NCBI GenBank assembly: GCA_002269645.1 | Contig: NIVC01002102.1 | Coordinates: 124,001-188,000 of the forward strand | Reading direction: 5' to 3' | DNA from: Macrostomum lignano | Taxonomy: Eukaryota | Length of the DNA: 64,000 nt | The notes under the pieces: model-generated | Seen by the model: only the letters and a program-made list of their open reading frames with translations | Database searches by the model: none | Told to the model about the DNA's origin: nothing | Shown: positions 62,754 through 64,000 of the stretch, in pieces | Layout: each line of letters begins with the position of its first letter | Position numbering within the stretch: position 1 is the first letter of the stretch | Position numbers and translations under genes: made by a program

Positions 62754-63715
62754 CTGAAATTTTTTATAATATACTTATTAAAGGGGTCGTATTGAATATT
62801 TAAAGTTATTAATTGATTTTACAAATTTTGTGACACTAGTTTAAGTGAATTAAAAAGTTACTTTTGGACCTGGAATGGAATATAGCATTCGACTTATAGA
62901 CAAAGGGTCTTTTTACCATAGACAGTTGTTTGACTTTTCCCATAGCTTTGCATAGTCATGCATGTCAACTGAGTGTATTAGAATTTGCATGTTATAATGC
63001 ATATAGAAAATTTGCATATTTAAATATAGCAAAAATGTCTGATGATAAAATATTCCCTAGATAAAACTATCTATAAAACCTATAAAAATATTATGAAAAT
63101 ATTATAATATTATAAAAATACCTATAAAAATATTATACTAATATACTAAATCAATCTGTATACCACATTGAAGATCATGTTAGTATATAAGCTAGAAATA
63201 AGAATAAATATATAGTATTTACCAATTATTACTACTCAAACAATTTGAAGTATAAACTTTTTTCACAGATGAAATGATTTAAGACCCAATTTGATTAGTT
63301 CATTTGACATGCCATGACATGACTAAGGAGACAAAATTTCTCTATTAGTTACTTAAACTACTATTGTCTACTTTAGATACAATTCATTGTGACATAGTAT
63401 AAAACATAGTCTATGAAAATTATTTACAGTTAATAAATCATATTTGTGTTAATGTATGATTCATTACTAAATGATATGGATACTAGATACAAAGTGTGAC
63501 AAAAAGTTTTTACAATTTTTTAACAACATGATCATACATTTTTATTAGTATAAATCAAGTACTTAGTCACTAAAATAATCTCCATTAGCCTTAACAATCA
63601 TTTGCCAATGTTCAAAAGGCTACAAATGATATATATGGGCATATGACAAAGTAAGATCTAACCAAACCTAAGAATATCCAATTGTACATGTGCAACTCTG
63701 GGAATCACTTGTCCA

Positions 63716-63820
63716 TTTCTATTGGCAACACACACATGTAAGTTGCTATTGGCTAAGAGCAGTCACGTGCCTACTATTCCGTCCAATAGCAACTGTGTGT
63801 GTGTGTGTTGCCAATAGAAA
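63716..63820. promoter_or_regulatory. Long palindrome with CCAAT, X-box-like and E-box motifs upstream of p38
   Basis: tttctattggcaacacacaca..agttgctattgg pairs with ccaatagcaact..tgtgtgtgttgccaatagaaa; the loop contains CACGTG. Confidence 0.55.
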
Positions 63821-64000
63821 CAGCCGGGTGAATCGCAAGGTTGCACCCAAGCAGGTATCCAATGGCTCTAGTGTAAATGAGAATATTGGCTATCTTGCTA
63901 GATACCTATTGTCTATCTAGCTTGAGGAAGGGTTTACAGTGACTATATAAATAAAACTGTTTTTAGCAATCAGATCTTATTTCTTTTTTGGTCTATACTA

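Overview
Eukaryotic (animal) genomic DNA with GC-rich exons, AT-rich introns and extreme mini/microsatellite density. The style resembles the flatworm Macrostomum; this is an inference, not shown by the sequence. Five protein-coding genes can be reconstructed: (1) an intronless ankyrin+6TM TRPV-like channel (minus, 3446-5329); (2) an OXR1/NCOA7-like LysM-GRAM-TLDc gene (plus, 13822-15835); (3) an Lhx2/9 (apterous)-like LIM-homeobox gene (plus, at least 3 exons, 21806-26291); (4) a 13-exon FRMD4-like FERM gene (minus, 49795-29489); (5) a divergent p38-type MAPK (minus, 62753-56980; TGY kept, DFG changed to DLG). Almost every intron carries its own tandem repeat. Mobile DNA includes a 2.2-kb element with 10-bp terminal inverted repeats inserted in a (CTA)n array and carrying a full promoter aimed at the TRP gene, two copies of a (CTA)n-tailed dispersed repeat bracketing that gene, three tRNA-derived SINEs, RTE-type LINE remnants, a MITE-like element and a Tc1-like remnant. 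No rRNA, credible tRNA or CRISPR array was seen. Most long ORFs in the supplied track are repeat artefacts. All coordinates and counts were read by eye and repeat boundaries are approximate.
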